Shown in pieces: positions 49,471 through 62,541 of a stretch of 64,000 bases of DNA (positions are counted from its first letter, which is position 1; every line of letters starts with the position of its first letter). A program made the translations under genes and the position numbers. The notes below the pieces were generated by a model that worked only from the letters and a program-made list of their open reading frames with translations, searched no databases and was not told the origin of the DNA. Source of the stretch: Yuukianura sp. NJ FZ-2021 (Eukaryota); NCBI GenBank assembly GCA_046563655.1, contig CM102287.1:5022001-5086000 (forward strand), given 5' to 3'.

Positions 49471-51086
49471 CTTCATTATACCGATGAACCAGCATATTAG
49501 CCAAGAAGAGTTGTGTTCCATGAGCCAGCAAATGAGAGGTCAAGGCACAAAAGGTCACGACCCAACCCCATCCCCCCTCGGGGTAATAGTGCTGCTGCAG
49601 TGTGCGCCACTCTGACCTCTTCTGCAGGTCATTCACCTCCTGTCACATTTTAAACACGTCAAATTCAATTTATATAAAACAATTTATTAATTGATTTTAA
49701 TAAATTAAGCCTAGGCGGAGACCTACACCAATTTATTTCCAGTTTTAAACTCTAATGACTCGTTTAGCAGAAAGCATTAGCGAAAATGAGATTTTTAGAA
49801 TTTCAGTCATGTATGCAAAAAGCAAAATGGCAAATGCACTGAATCGGAAATTAAGCAATAAATCAGTACTTGAAACAGTAACAAATGAAAAACTCCCGAA
49901 GCAAAAAATTAGTCCAACAGCGTCTGGTTTTAATTACAACAAAAGCAAAAAACGTCAAAAATTTACCTACTCTGTATTTGCAACGGTACTTCCAAATTTG
50001 GATCTCGTTACAAACAAGAAGCCTCTTAATTTGGACACACCCTGTACTTTTTTTCCTGAAGTGATTCCTAATTAACTTTTTAGGAAATCAAGAAACAATT
50101 GATTTTTGTTCAAATTATACCACATTGTAGATACATAGCATATGGACTGGGAAGCACTTTGGCCTTACACAGATCGCAGAACGAATTCCCATCCTCATCT
50201 TGATCCTAAATCTTATTTTCATGTTACATCTCTAAGGAATTTCTTATTTGGAGAGACAGAGATCTGTTAGAGGGAGGGAACTCTAAATAAATCAACTCCA
50301 TCTTTCATCCAATGAAAAGGCATAAAAAGAAACGAGTGTTTTCAGAAAATACTTTTTCAAAAAGAGTAAACATTTTTAAAAATTTGAATCTACTATTTAC
50401 AAATTCAACATTTTAGGACCACTCCTCGTTATAAATTTAAACTAGCTTGAACTTCCCGTGAGTTCTTCACGGTTGCCAAACGCTTAATTTTTAAAGTTCA
50501 CGCTAAAAACCAAAGCAGTAACTTTTTTTGGAGTTCCGCTGTACTAAATTAAAATGCCAAAACAGAAACAGAATGCAGAAAGTTGGTTAGTCAATCAGAA
50601 CGAAAAAGCCTAAAAGCAAACGGTGCTCACTAAATTAGAAACCAAAAACTGTCAAATTCTAAAAACCTGTTTTGAAAAACGGAAGCTAAAATTTCTTAAA
50701 ACTGCGTGAAGCAATAAAGTGTGTATGACAAATTGACTATTGACATTGTAACTTTGGAAGGAGAGTAAACAAACCTGTTCCTTCTTGGCACTTGCTCCTA
50801 ACTTTCCACCCCCTCCTTTATGAATCATCTTCAGTTTGTCCATGTTGCTTTTCAAGTCTGCGCTTTTGATTGGAATTTGATAGGAACCTTCTGGGTCATC
50901 CGGAAGATGAATTCGCGGTAACAAGACGGCGGTGGCTGGCAGGGACTTTGATCTGCTAGATTTCGTTGTAGCGGGAAACTGTCCGTCATCTTCGGAACAT
51001 GCTGTTCCTACTACAGCATCTTTGGAAATCATTGTGCAAATGAAGTCAGCAGCACAAGCACCCCCACTAGCCTTCGACGAGATCAT
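49471..51086 (-). CDS. MCT transporter variable N-terminal module 2 (two exons; ~160 aa tail + TM1)
   Basis: Exon 51086-50775 (MISSKASGG..AKKEQ|gtttgt, phase 0) joins exon 49639-49471 (acag|EVNDLQKRSEWRTLQQHYYPEGGWGWVVTFCALTSHLLAHGTQLFLANMLVHRYNE G|gtagaa, phase 1), which fits the acceptor at 32835. Confidence 0.75.
50021..50046. mobile_element. Possible solitary Tc1/mariner-like terminal inverted repeat fragment
   Basis: gcctcttaatttggacacaccctg|ta is the reverse complement of TA-CAGGGTGTGTCCAAATTAAGAGGC, resembling a mariner-type end. No partner TIR found nearby. Confidence 0.3.
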
Positions 51087-54000
51087 CAGAGGGATGATTT
51101 GACTGAATTTCGCTAATGGATCTTCTTAAAGAGGAAACGATCTTGGACGGCATTACGTAGGTTTACTTACGTCAACACAGAAAACGTCAACAATGAAAAC
51201 CACCAACTCGTTTTACATAAAAACATACAATATTCTGCATTTTAAGTTGGTTTAAAAGTGGTTCTCTGTTTACATAATTTTAGTATAGTTAATGTCGTAA
51301 GTGAGCCAACTTATCAAATCAAGTGCTTAGCTGAGATTAACATGGATTGCCTTTTTTTTTGGATTCGCTTCAACATACATTTCATGTTTACACGTTCTTG
51401 TGTTGGTGTAAAGTTGTGTTTAGGTAAGTCTGTTTATGTAATGACTGAGGAAAAGTTGGATTGTCTGATTTCCATTGTTTTGTTATTCTGCTGTTGAAGA
51501 TCCAGTTGACTTTAGATGAACTTGTGAATGATGCTCATCAGCCTCTTCGATCTTCAAATTCTAGATCAAATTCTTTGATTCTTTGAAGTCATCTTCCTAA
51601 ACAGTTTCATTACAAGCACACTTCACTTTTGTGGAGTCAATGACCTCGAAGGATGCATGTCACTTTTGACACGTTTTAGATTATTACACAAACAGAGCTT
51701 AGATCAAAAGCCAGTTAGTCCAAAAACTTTTGACAATGACAACTTTAGAAAGTTTCAGAAGTTATTCGAGAAATGATTTTTGGCAAAATTGATTCAGCGA
51801 GCAACGGCTCTATAAATTCTAAAATCTGGAATATTTGTTCCGCATTTTCAGGTTCCAAAACATTGAAAATGTTTAGAAAACTGGCGAAGCAGAACTGAGT
51901 TTTTCTGAAAAAGGGAACTGCTCTTCAGCACTTCTAAAGCACACGGACGCACAACGCATAAAACCAACAAATGTCAAAAATGATTGTCATAAATAATTCA
52001 AGCTGAAGAGGAAAAAGTTAATGGGGAAGAACAGACTGTTTTAAAATGGGTTTATCTTCTTGTTGGACAATTCTTGAATTTGACACTTTCAGAAATTCTC
52101 GGGACATTGGATGTGATGGGGCGAAAATAATTTTTATGATGTGAGCTAAACAACTAAATCTTACGCACTGGAACACTTCCGCAAACGCACAATTTTCATC
52201 TTCCTGCATTGCTTAGATTTTCAGATCTTCAGAGAAACTGAAACGAAGTGAGAAGAATTCTACTTTGAGAAAACGTTTTTCCAGCGATGTGTCAAAAAAA
52301 AACTTCCACCGCACGCCAAAAACGCCTTAAAAGCACTTTCTCCGTCAATATCGTCAGAGTTTGAAACAAAAGTTGCCGATTTCTCGGCTAATGTCACAAA
52401 GCGACGCAAAAAGACAATTAATTTTTATTGTGTTTTTAACTAGGTTTCCGGAAAAACTTTGAAAACTTTTGTCGTTCACGGAGAACCAAAAACTGTCAAT
52501 TGGCTGCCTTCGATGAACTGAAAAAGTGTTTTCGTTTTGTTCGTGCTTAGCAGACAGAAACGAGACCACCGCCTCCAATCCCCAGTTTTGTTCAAATGAA
52601 CTTCTTAAGTACAAGACACTTCAGACACTTTGTGCGTACTCAATCTTGTGAATGAGTGAGCCTGAATAAATTCAATCTTCTAAAACCCAAGATGAAATGA
52701 TGAGGCTTCCAACAGTGAAGGTAGAGTCAAGATAGGAATCACCATTACCTTCCACAGCCACAACAATACTTTGTAGCACTTCACAAAATGAAAAAGTGTA
52801 AAATGTAATATGTAAAACGTCTAAAATGTAAAATTTAAACAATTGAATTTCAAATTATGAGAGCACGAATCTTCAGAAGATGTTTCTCCTCCAGGCCATT
52901 CCTCAATAATGAGAAACTTTTCTGGAGAAAGTGCGGCGCGTTTCAATTTGGGTAACGTCGTCTGATGGAGTCTGAGATACAAGAAGGATTTGGTTTGGGT
53001 TTAACACTTTACGAGATTTTGGGAAGAAGATGCAACTTTTGCGGGCGTTTTCACTTTTTCTGTGGGATTTGAAGAATTAATAGTAAGATTTGGATGGTGA
53101 CTGGTCGTGATGAAAAGAAAACAGAAAATTGCTGAGTGTGGTGAGAGATGAAATGAAAACGGTCGCGTCTTTGCTCTGGCAAATTCCAAAGTGAAAGAAA
53201 GTGGAGATCATTTCCCAAAAGCTCAGAAGAAGATCCGAAGAAGTTCAGAAAGCGACAGGAAATGTGAGTGTCGATTGAAATTTGAGTTCTTGTGGTGGAA
53301 AGGCGCCGTAACCGCAGCGGTGGCGGGAGTAATAACAAGGATTTTGGCTTTTGGGATTTTAAAATAAAGTGGCACTTCAAACCACTCCTTTTGTTTTTCT
53401 AATACGAAATTCTACGGAAAACGGAGATCATATGAAACAAATTTATTTGTAATTTCACCCATTTCAGAGCGGACGAAGATGTCTAATCTTTTTTTAGTGT
53501 TTTTCTTAAACTAGCTCGAAAATGAATTGAAAACATTAAAACAACATTAGCAAAAACATCGCTATATTTAAATTTTTCAAAAAAAAAAATACATTAGAGA
53601 GTTTACGAAAACTGTAAAATTATTCTGCAACTGATCTCCCCCCATAATTTACTCAATTTGTTTACTTTGCGTAGGTTTTAGTTTTTAAAGTAAAAGCTGA
53701 TCAGTGTAAAATCAAATACTGAACGTGATTTTGAAACCTTTTCGGGGAGTGATTGATGTGAAAATTTCAAATTTCGAGATGATTAGCAAGATGAATGTGA
53801 GATTTTGGGAATGTGATCTGCAGTGAAACCGAAAAGGAATATTTCTCCAACCTTGTACTTCATCTTTCCCATAACGAATGAATCCCAAGATGCTTTCCCG
53901 TTGCCAAATGAAGTCTTTTCCTGAATGTTAACTTTACTATAGTATCGAAGTCTCTTAAGTTACAAAGTAAGTGAGACTGAAGGAAGTGTGAAAAGTCACA

Positions 54001-56885
54001 CGGGAGAGATTTAAGTCCCCAATTAACATTTCATCTCTCCAAGAAACCTCCTCGGCACTTCCTGGCTGAGCTCCCTAAGTTATGAGTTTCGTTTCCTACT
54101 AAATCACTTCTTAAATATAACTTCTCTGGGATGTTCAAAAAAGCTTCTAAGATTTTAGAAATAAAATTTTCTACCTTTGTCTCTTCATTTTTGAAAAAGA
54201 AAAGTTGGAATAAAATGGATTTCGACACTTGTCGCTCTAAATCAATCCAAACCAGCCTTCTTTTCAGCAAAGTACTAAATAAATTAACATCTAATTCAAC
54301 AAGAATAAACTGAAAGCGAGGAACTTCTTCAACATGTAGTACGTGTTTTAGCATGAAGAAAGTAAAAGTTAAATGGAACTTTTAGATTTTGTGATTTCAG
54401 TAAACATTGTTCCAAAATCACACAGGATTCGCAGAAGTAGAAATCGTTAGATTTTTATGACATGGTAAAACCACTGGTTTTATGATGTTTGTTACTCAAA
54501 AAGTTAAAAACAGAACTTTTCTTAAGGCTTGTTAGGCTAATGTTGGTTCATCATAAAATTCAAAAAGTCAGATTTCGAAAGGAAAAATAAAAGGAAAAAG
54601 TTGTAGCTTTTTTCAAATATACTTTCACCCAAAAATCGATCAAAATCCGAATTGGCACAAATCGCACACAGAAATCAACGCTCGAAAATGTTGCGGTTTG
54701 GTGTCGATTTAGAAAAGTTCGAATTTCCGTTTAGGAGAAAATTTCGAAGAGAAAATTTCAGTTAGGTGAAAATGCGGTGAAATGAAGATATGCGAAAGCT
54801 TGCAAAAAAAAATTCGCAAGCTTCTGCCGGGAGTTGTTGCCATCTGCTGGAAGGATTTGAAAACTCAACAGGAGGATTTTCAGTAGCCAAGCATGGAACT
54901 GTTGCCAAACTGAAGATGGCAACTCCAACTCTCATAAAGATTTTAGTTTCAGCATAGTTTGCACAACTTAATAATTCACATTGTCCTTTAAAAAACTGCA
55001 CCTATTCAAAATTAGGTTAACTAAAAGTCAAATTACGCTTTGTTAAAAATTATGAAGAGTTCATTGGCATCAAGAGGAAGTGTCTCCATGTTTTCGACAG
55101 AATGAAACCCGGTAATTTGAGATGACTTTTTGTCGTGTGGCGTTTAACTATTTTCGCTAACAGAAACGGAAATGCTTTGATGAAAAGTGAAAGTGTGAAG
55201 GAATTTTAGGTTGAAGTTGAGCTCACTTAAGGCAAAGGGCAGGACCCTTCTCACTTAAGCCTTAAGCTTTGCTTATCATTATTGGAAAAGTAATTTGGAA
55301 GTTGCCTACTTAAGCCTCCGTTTTCATGCCACGTCTGTTCTAGAACCGTAGAGCTAGTATACCTAAACCAATAGTTCAACAACAAAATGGTCAAAAAGTT
55401 CCGCTTCGGCATGAATTGCATTAAAAAAAGTAGCTAAAACTTTATATCAACAACGTCGATTATTTTCCACTTGGAAGTAAAAGAACAATAGTAAATTTTT
55501 TTGTCAAACTGTTCAGTTTGAATTTAGTTTCGCTACTATGAGTTGTTCTAATCCTCTCGACTTGCAAACTAATTCAGTGGCAAACAGAATACACTGACCT
55601 GCTGTAGCAAATATTCAAGTAAATCTAAACTAATTTTGAACCGAAAATTGATTTTTCAGTGGAGCGTGTCGATCCAACTGTTTTTGAACAAAACGACATA
55701 AGGAGAAAGTGTTGGAGTGAAAGTTCGTAAAACCGGGTTCTGTGTGGAGGCTTTGTGGTTGACCCTTTAGAATCGCGTTCAGAACACAATGACTTTCTCC
55801 ATTCACTGCACAAAGCACTACATTTCCACAAAACCAGAACCCAGATTGTGTAGCACTTGAACACAATTGGGTTTCATTTATATGTCACTGCACGTTCATT
55901 CTTATCCCATTTTGCACAACCTCATCACTGTCCAACTAGTGCCATTTTTAGATCCATTCATTTTATAAATACATCATGAACTAATCAACTAATCCCACAG
56001 CTTTCACAAACGTTGAACATGACAAATTTCTTAGCAATTGCTTGATTTTGACTTATATTTTCTTTCAATTTGCATGAAGCGAACTTACTAGACCAGACGC
56101 AGACCAAATGATTTAAAGACAACAGCCAATTGATGCCAGAACGCAAAAGAATATTTCATGAGCTCCATTTTTGAAATTTTACCATCACTACAGATATTCT
56201 TCTACTATACCGGATGATCATTCTTTTCGGTTTATAAGCTCCCTCCTATTTTCTCTCTGAATTTTCTGTTTTTCTCTCAGAATTCTCTCTTTTCTCTCAT
56301 CCGAATTTTCTAATGTAGGTTTCTAGTCCAATATTGTCTAAGGACGGAACCCGAATCTGAAGTTTATGAGCTCCTTCAGACTCTTCTTCTACCCAATTTC
56401 ATTCACCTTACCCTCTGCTCCCGATGCGACTACTCTCAGAATCAGATTTTGAAAGAGGAGAAAGCAGGAGAAAGTGATCTGAAGTCTAGTCAGGCGAATC
56501 CTTGGGCATTTGACCTTATTTTGGCGTCTTTCTCCAAAGACAATAACACTTTCATCACATCCCAAAAATAACATCAGACATCCGCTTTGGAACCAATCCA
56601 CACAACCACCGCAGGGACAATCGTGCCCCAAATTTTCTGTTTTTTCAAATTCAGAATTGCAGGGATTTTATTGAAGCAAGTTCACATGTAACGGGTTAGA
56701 GAAAATCTTTCGAAATTGTAATTATAATACCATCTTCTAACGTCAAAATTTTGATGAAATAGGGAAATATTTCCAGTAGATTTTTGAGACTAAGCCAAGA
56801 AAAAAACATCGATTCGACACTTTGTTTTCCTCAACTTTTTCTGTCCAGGTTTGCGTAAGAGAAATGCGTAGGTTGGATTTTAGTA

Positions 56886-57592
56886 CCCTAATTCCTTGCC
56901 TATAAGCCGCACTCACGTATAAGCCGCACCAAGGAATTTTCAAAAATACATTGATAACGCAAAAACGCAAACTTTAAAGTTAAAAAAAGGAAACTGTACA
57001 GATTATAGTACAGTTTCAGGTATAATTATTGTACTTTCATCGTGTAACTCCGATTTTTTTTTGATTTTTTTCCCCTAAAATTCCTTATGGACCCCTGGCC
57101 ATGAAAATATATATTTTTTACTACACTCCCAAAAACTGAAATTTTTTAAAAAGTTTGAAAATTGAAATGTCCCCATAATGGCTCATGTAAATTTTTTCTC
57201 AACGTTTTACAACTTAACTCGGTTACTACGTTTTAAAACGCTAAACAATTTTGGTAGGTAGGTTAGGTTAGTTTTTTTTAGAACAAAAATTATACAAATC
57301 CGAGTTACCCGGTGAAAGTAAAATTATTCCCAGTTTCCTCAAAACATCTTTTAATTATGCACGAATTCGTACAAATTTGATTCGCCAGGCACCAGAACCG
57401 TGGCAAAAATGCTGAATTTGATGAATTAACATTAAATAAAAACCGTTTTAAATGGGATTTAGCACATTTACAGGCAATTCCTAAAGATTTTTAACAAAAT
57501 TCTTCATTTTTCTACGAAAAAAAAATTATTTTGTTTTCAAAATTTTTCGAAATTTCTCGGATAAGCCGCGGCTTGTAGGCAAGGAATTAGGG
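56886..57592. mobile_element. pogo/Tc2-like (Tc1/mariner superfamily) MITE, 707 bp
   Basis: 25-bp TIRs ccctaattccttgcctataagccgc (56886-56910) / gcggcttgtaggcaaggaattaggg (57568-57592), one mismatch. TA on both flanks. Internal tataagccgc repeats. Confidence 0.8.
57019..57330. mobile_element. Small MITE nested inside the pogo-like MITE (GG-start TIRs, ~8-bp TSD; Merlin/Mutator-like)
   Basis: Imperfect TIRs ggtataattattgtactttcatcgtgtaactccgattt / aaatccgagttacccggtgaaagtaaaattattcc. Flanks cagtttca (57011-57018) and cagtttcc (57331-57338). Confidence 0.6.
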
Positions 57593-60121
57593 TATCTGTA
57601 GAAAAAGAATTAGCGTCTAACACGCACTTTGACAAACAGAAGATTTAGTTATCTTATCACCAACTTTTTTTCTCAATTACTACAGAGAAAATATGTTTGA
57701 GAGGTAAAGTAGGTCAAAGTAAGGAGAGTAGAAGTAACTTTTTCTAAGTAAGAGTCAGCACATCACCAACTTTCCCAATCGTCTAATCCTAACTTTCTCC
57801 CATAACTTTGTGTTAAATGTGTGTTTTTCTTCATCAAACACCTAAAAGGAATTTGCAACTCCACAAAAGAAACACATTGTTATATGCTAGCGGGGCTTGG
57901 ACGGAATTTTTTTGTACACTTTTTAGTGATTCACAAATATTAAAATGAATTTAGTTGATTACAATCCATTGAATTGATCAATCACAATCAATTAACTCAT
58001 CTCTTCAAATTGAATCAGCCTTAAATGGACGCGTTCAATCAAATTCAGACGAAAAGTCACTACTCATTTTACCCAAAGAATTCAAAGTTATTGTGAGCAA
58101 AATAAAATTCTTTTTTTTTTCTTCTTTTGCTTCATGTCAAAAGCTGAACAAGCCAAATTTGGACATGAAAATTTGATGAAACGGGTAGTTAGCCCAACTT
58201 GTTTTTAGGTTTATGTTGTGCCATTTTAGAAAAATAGTAAATAAGGAGACTATAAATAGTTTAGAGGCTGTTAATTGGAATTGTTCGGAAAATGAACCCA
58301 TAAACTTCTTACGGTTTATTTACACACTTCACTTTACTGCTTTCCAAAACGACGCAATTTCCTTTCTCTTGTGGAGCGCTAAAAGTGGAATATTTATATT
58401 TTTTACGTCCTTTTTCCCAAGCCCTGCTTTTCGTCAATGTTCAAATATTTAGCAACAGGAGACAGTTTTGCGACGGAAGAGAAATTTGCAGCATTTTTCA
58501 TCTTCTAAGGTTCCTTTCCCTGGAATTTAAAATTTTATGTTAAGATGCTATACGGCGGCAAAGAAGAAGAAGTGAAGCTGTAAAAACTATCCGAGCCATT
58601 TTCCGTTAGCGTTTTCTTTACAAAATATGAAAAAGTTTTTTGAAACTTTTGAAAATTCCAATTTTCGCACATTTTCGCTAAGAGTCAGTAACTAGAAAAG
58701 TGGTGACTAGGGCGCAGCTTATCTAAAATGTGTAAAGAACACGCACTTTGCGTAACGCACGAGGTTAAATGAATCATGAATATTGTTTAACAATTCAGAA
58801 AAACTGACAATTTTGGTCTGCGAGAAGTTTCTTTCTTATTTTTTTTAGTAGAATGATGAATGAGATTTGAACAAAATTTGATGGTGACTTCCGTGGTGAA
58901 TGTAACTTTTAATGAAACATAAACGTTGGAAAATGTCTACAACAAGTTTTCATATGTGCTCTAGTCTAAAAAAAATGAAATCAATCTTATTCAACCTTTA
59001 CAATTCACGTCTGAAACTACAAAAGCTATTCATTTTTCAAAACCCCAAATTTTAATTAATTTTTGAACTTCGGACAGATTTGAATGAAAACGTAGTATAA
59101 CTTCGTTCTTGCTTTTTATAAAATCTGACATGAATAGTAAAATTTTCGACGAAAGGACGAGACCAAGCCCTATTTTTTTAAACATGAAACTGATAGGAGG
59201 AGTTGTTGTGTTGTACATGGCGTATTAAGCAACTCAAGAATTTAAAAAAAACATGAAGTAAGAGGCTGCATCTAATAAAATTTGACAGTTTATGAAACTT
59301 TTTGCAACATTTAATTGGCTCATGTTTCAGATATTTTTGGAAGCTTAAGTTCGGATCGACCTAGACGTCTCATACCGAAAATCTTCAGACAGTCTCCGAT
59401 TTTTGTGTGTAAAATCAAAATCCAAAAACATTTTGTCATAAAACTTGAATTTATTTGAAGTTTTTAACTCAAATTGTGCCAAGATTTTCATTGGCGCATG
59501 AACCCTGACCTCCTCAAAAAGAATTGCCTAAAAAACAACGATCATCTTTGTTTATAATTTTGTGGTTACGCTTTCATTTGTCACCCAAAGCATTCCAAGT
59601 TGAGTTAACTAAAAATAGTTGCAAAAGTTTTGCATTTTAGTCCAAACACTACAAAATTTTACAAAACTTTTCAAACATTATGAACAAAACCAAGAACACT
59701 TCATTTTAAAAAAAAGTAGTTTTTTCTAAATTCCTAGGAGGAACATTTTTCATGAGACTCAATTATTCTTCGTAAGTACCAAAACCATCTCAAGTTTTCA
59801 TCAGCGACGTTTCAGCCACCGTCGCCTCCTTAATAGTCATTTATACCAATTGCCCTGCTCTAAAAACATTTCCCCGTCTGCGTGTCTAGATTCTTTCTTA
59901 AGCTCCCATGTACTACTCATTTGCACACACTAAAATAGCTAAAAAAAGCATAGTCATTTTTTCAGAAAAGTGAAAGAAAAATATGATCCTTCGTGACAAC
60001 ACAGTCATTTCGACACGCAAAAAAACCGAACAAGTCGCTATAGTACCAACGGAGTGGAAGGAATGTGATAGAAATGGGATCTAATAAGGGCTTATAATAA
60101 AGTAGATTTCTGGATACTTAC

Positions 60122-61279
60122 CCAGAAGCGTTTCCGTTTCGGCTGTCACCGGAAATCGACGCTGAATAGGAACTGTGAGAGAAGTGACAGCTACTTGGAA
60201 GCCATGATTAATCGACGTAATCATAAATGCAACTACGACTACTACCCAACCCCATTCTCCCTCCGGGTAGTAATTTTGCCACAGCGTGACCACTTTTCTA
60301 GGTCCACTTCCATTGGGACTGGACTGGACATGGAGTGACATTGGGCCAGTGGCTGTTCCAGTGACATGACGCTGTCCAGAATCGGCTGCAACTTTGGAAG
60401 GTGGGCCAGAATGGCCAATTGGTGACATAGGAGTGGTGGGAACTCCATTTTTACAAGTGGGAAGATGCTGAAAGTTTGTTTTAGAAAATGTGTTTGGTGG
60501 ACTTGAGTACGGCCGAGAGTCACTGGGGAAAGTTAAGACTGAAGTGTCACTTTTCCTTGGAGGACTCAAACTAATTGCTCTTATGGCGGAATTGTGTTTG
60601 TTTTCCATTTGAAGCTTATTGGTGTTTGCCAACTCAAGACTTTTCTCGCGTTTCACAAAATTCTTGGTGTTTCCCATGATTTTTCCTTTGAGAAAGCTAA
60701 ATTTATCCCGAAATGGATTTCTCAACTGGTCAACTCCTGCAAAGTGACAAAAAAGTGAAAAGAAAAGTCAATAAAAATGGAATTACTGAAGTGCTAAGCA
60801 ACGCTTTTTTTTTCCTGCTTTTGTGAAATTTTTTCAATTTGGGCAATTCTGGAGTTATTTTGATTGTCCCTGTAGCCTGGAAGAATTTTAGTTTCAAGAA
60901 ATTTTGAAAAATATTTTCGTTTTTTGAAAAAATTACCTCCCTTACCACGTGAATGTCGTTTGGTACTGACGCAGTGTGTCACTGCACCAGTTCGTGCCGT
61001 AGTTCTAGTCACTTTTGACGCCGAAAGTGAGTGTTCCGACTCTACTGTTTTCGCCTCATCACCTTCAGATTTATGAGCACAAGTGCAGAAATTGGCACTT
61101 TTATTTCCAACTCCAACTCCACCTCCTTTTTGAAATGATTGAGAATTGTTCCTTTTCTTTCCGTTTTTCAAATTTTGTTTCAATTCTTCTGCAAAATTCA
61201 ATCGGTCCAATTGTAATTCCTCCGCAGCGGACGGCCATGTAAAGCTGTGTTTCAAGCGGAATGATTTAGACGATGGCAT
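60122..61279 (-). CDS. MCT transporter variable N-terminal module 3 (distal; two exons, ~316 aa tail + TM1)
   Basis: Exon 61279-60946 (MPSSKSFRL..KRHSR G|gtaagg, phase 1) joins exon 60736-60122 (tttgcag|GA VDQLRNPF..VVTLWQNYYPEGEWGWVVVVVAFMITSINHGFQVAV..ETLL G|gtaagt, phase 1), which fits the acceptor at 32835. Confidence 0.82.
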
Positions 61280-62541
61280 TTTCCACGCTACTGAAATTTC
61301 ACTTTCTTCGCAAAAGAAAAATCAAATCGGAACTTTCACTTTTTGACCAGAAAGATTTAAAAACGAAAGTCTAAAGTTTTTTTTTTTTGATTTCACTGCC
61401 GCAAAGGAGAAAGTTTAAAGCAGTTTTTGGAAAAAGGTGAAATAGTTTTAAAAACTTTGAAAATGGAGATCTTATTTCCACAAATACAAAATTCATGAAC
61501 TTTTGTTCACTATGTTTCACAAGTTCAGAAACTTATTGTTCCAGTAGTATAAGGTTTAAAGCAGACCGGAAAAGTTAAAACCAAGGCTACTCCGGAAAGT
61601 GGTGGCTTTTTCGGTTTTTCCAAAAACGAGACTATAGACTTGGAATTTCGCATTGTCACGCGGAGCACGTGAAGCGGTTTCTTCACTTTCACCACACAAC
61701 TTTTTCTTCGCGAAAACTTTACAAAATTTTCGCACACGACCTGTCACCCTCCGCTGTCACTCACATGACCTCTGGCACTGAAAAATTGCACTTTCTCTGA
61801 ACTTTTCATTCTCTGAACTTTTTTCAGAATATGATAGATAAGGCTATGCCAGGCGATGCATATGATTTTCTTTTTGCAAAAAATTTACTAAAAATTGAGT
61901 TACGTTGTGTTTGCTTATTCAGAAATGTTAGGTTTGGTTCTGCTACTTGACTTTCACTTTAGGATTGCTGGCAAATCGGAAGTCGATGGTGGTCTGTGTG
62001 CTTATGGCAGTCGACTGGGACAGAACGGGTAGTTCGCTTTGCCTCAATTCCTGTCCGCCCTCTTCCTCACTCGACCAAGATGAAATTGAAGTAAAGTGTT
62101 GAAGACGCTCTGTTCTACCGTGGAAAAGTACGAAGATCTCCTGGCAGCCTTAGGTTAGGTTAGGGATTTCCTTTTGTCATCTTCGTTTCATCTACACTTG
62201 CGGCTGAGAAATGTGTTGGAGACGTGTTTGGAACTTATGTCAGTTCAAGAGAAATTTTTAGATATGAGAAAATATGGGAAACTCAAAATGTTCTAATTTA
62301 AATCATTTAATTTAGTACATTAATAATTTATTAAAAAGCCAGGTTCAAATTATTTTTATGTTTTATGGGCTTGGTCTATGGTCGCTAAAGGCGTGGTTTT
62401 AAGAATATCCTACTTGACAAAGGTGTTTCCCAACTTCTTCTAACAAAAATACACTTTTACATGAATGAAATTATTACAATTTTAGGGAAATTTTAGGAAG
62501 TGAAAATTTTCATTTTTTTTATCAAACGCGATGCGAAGTGA

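Noticed and set aside
35820..61279. Interpretation of the three YYPEG-WG exons as three separate MCT paralogues
   Set aside because: No additional TM2-TM12 exons were found between them; only one transporter body exists in the window.
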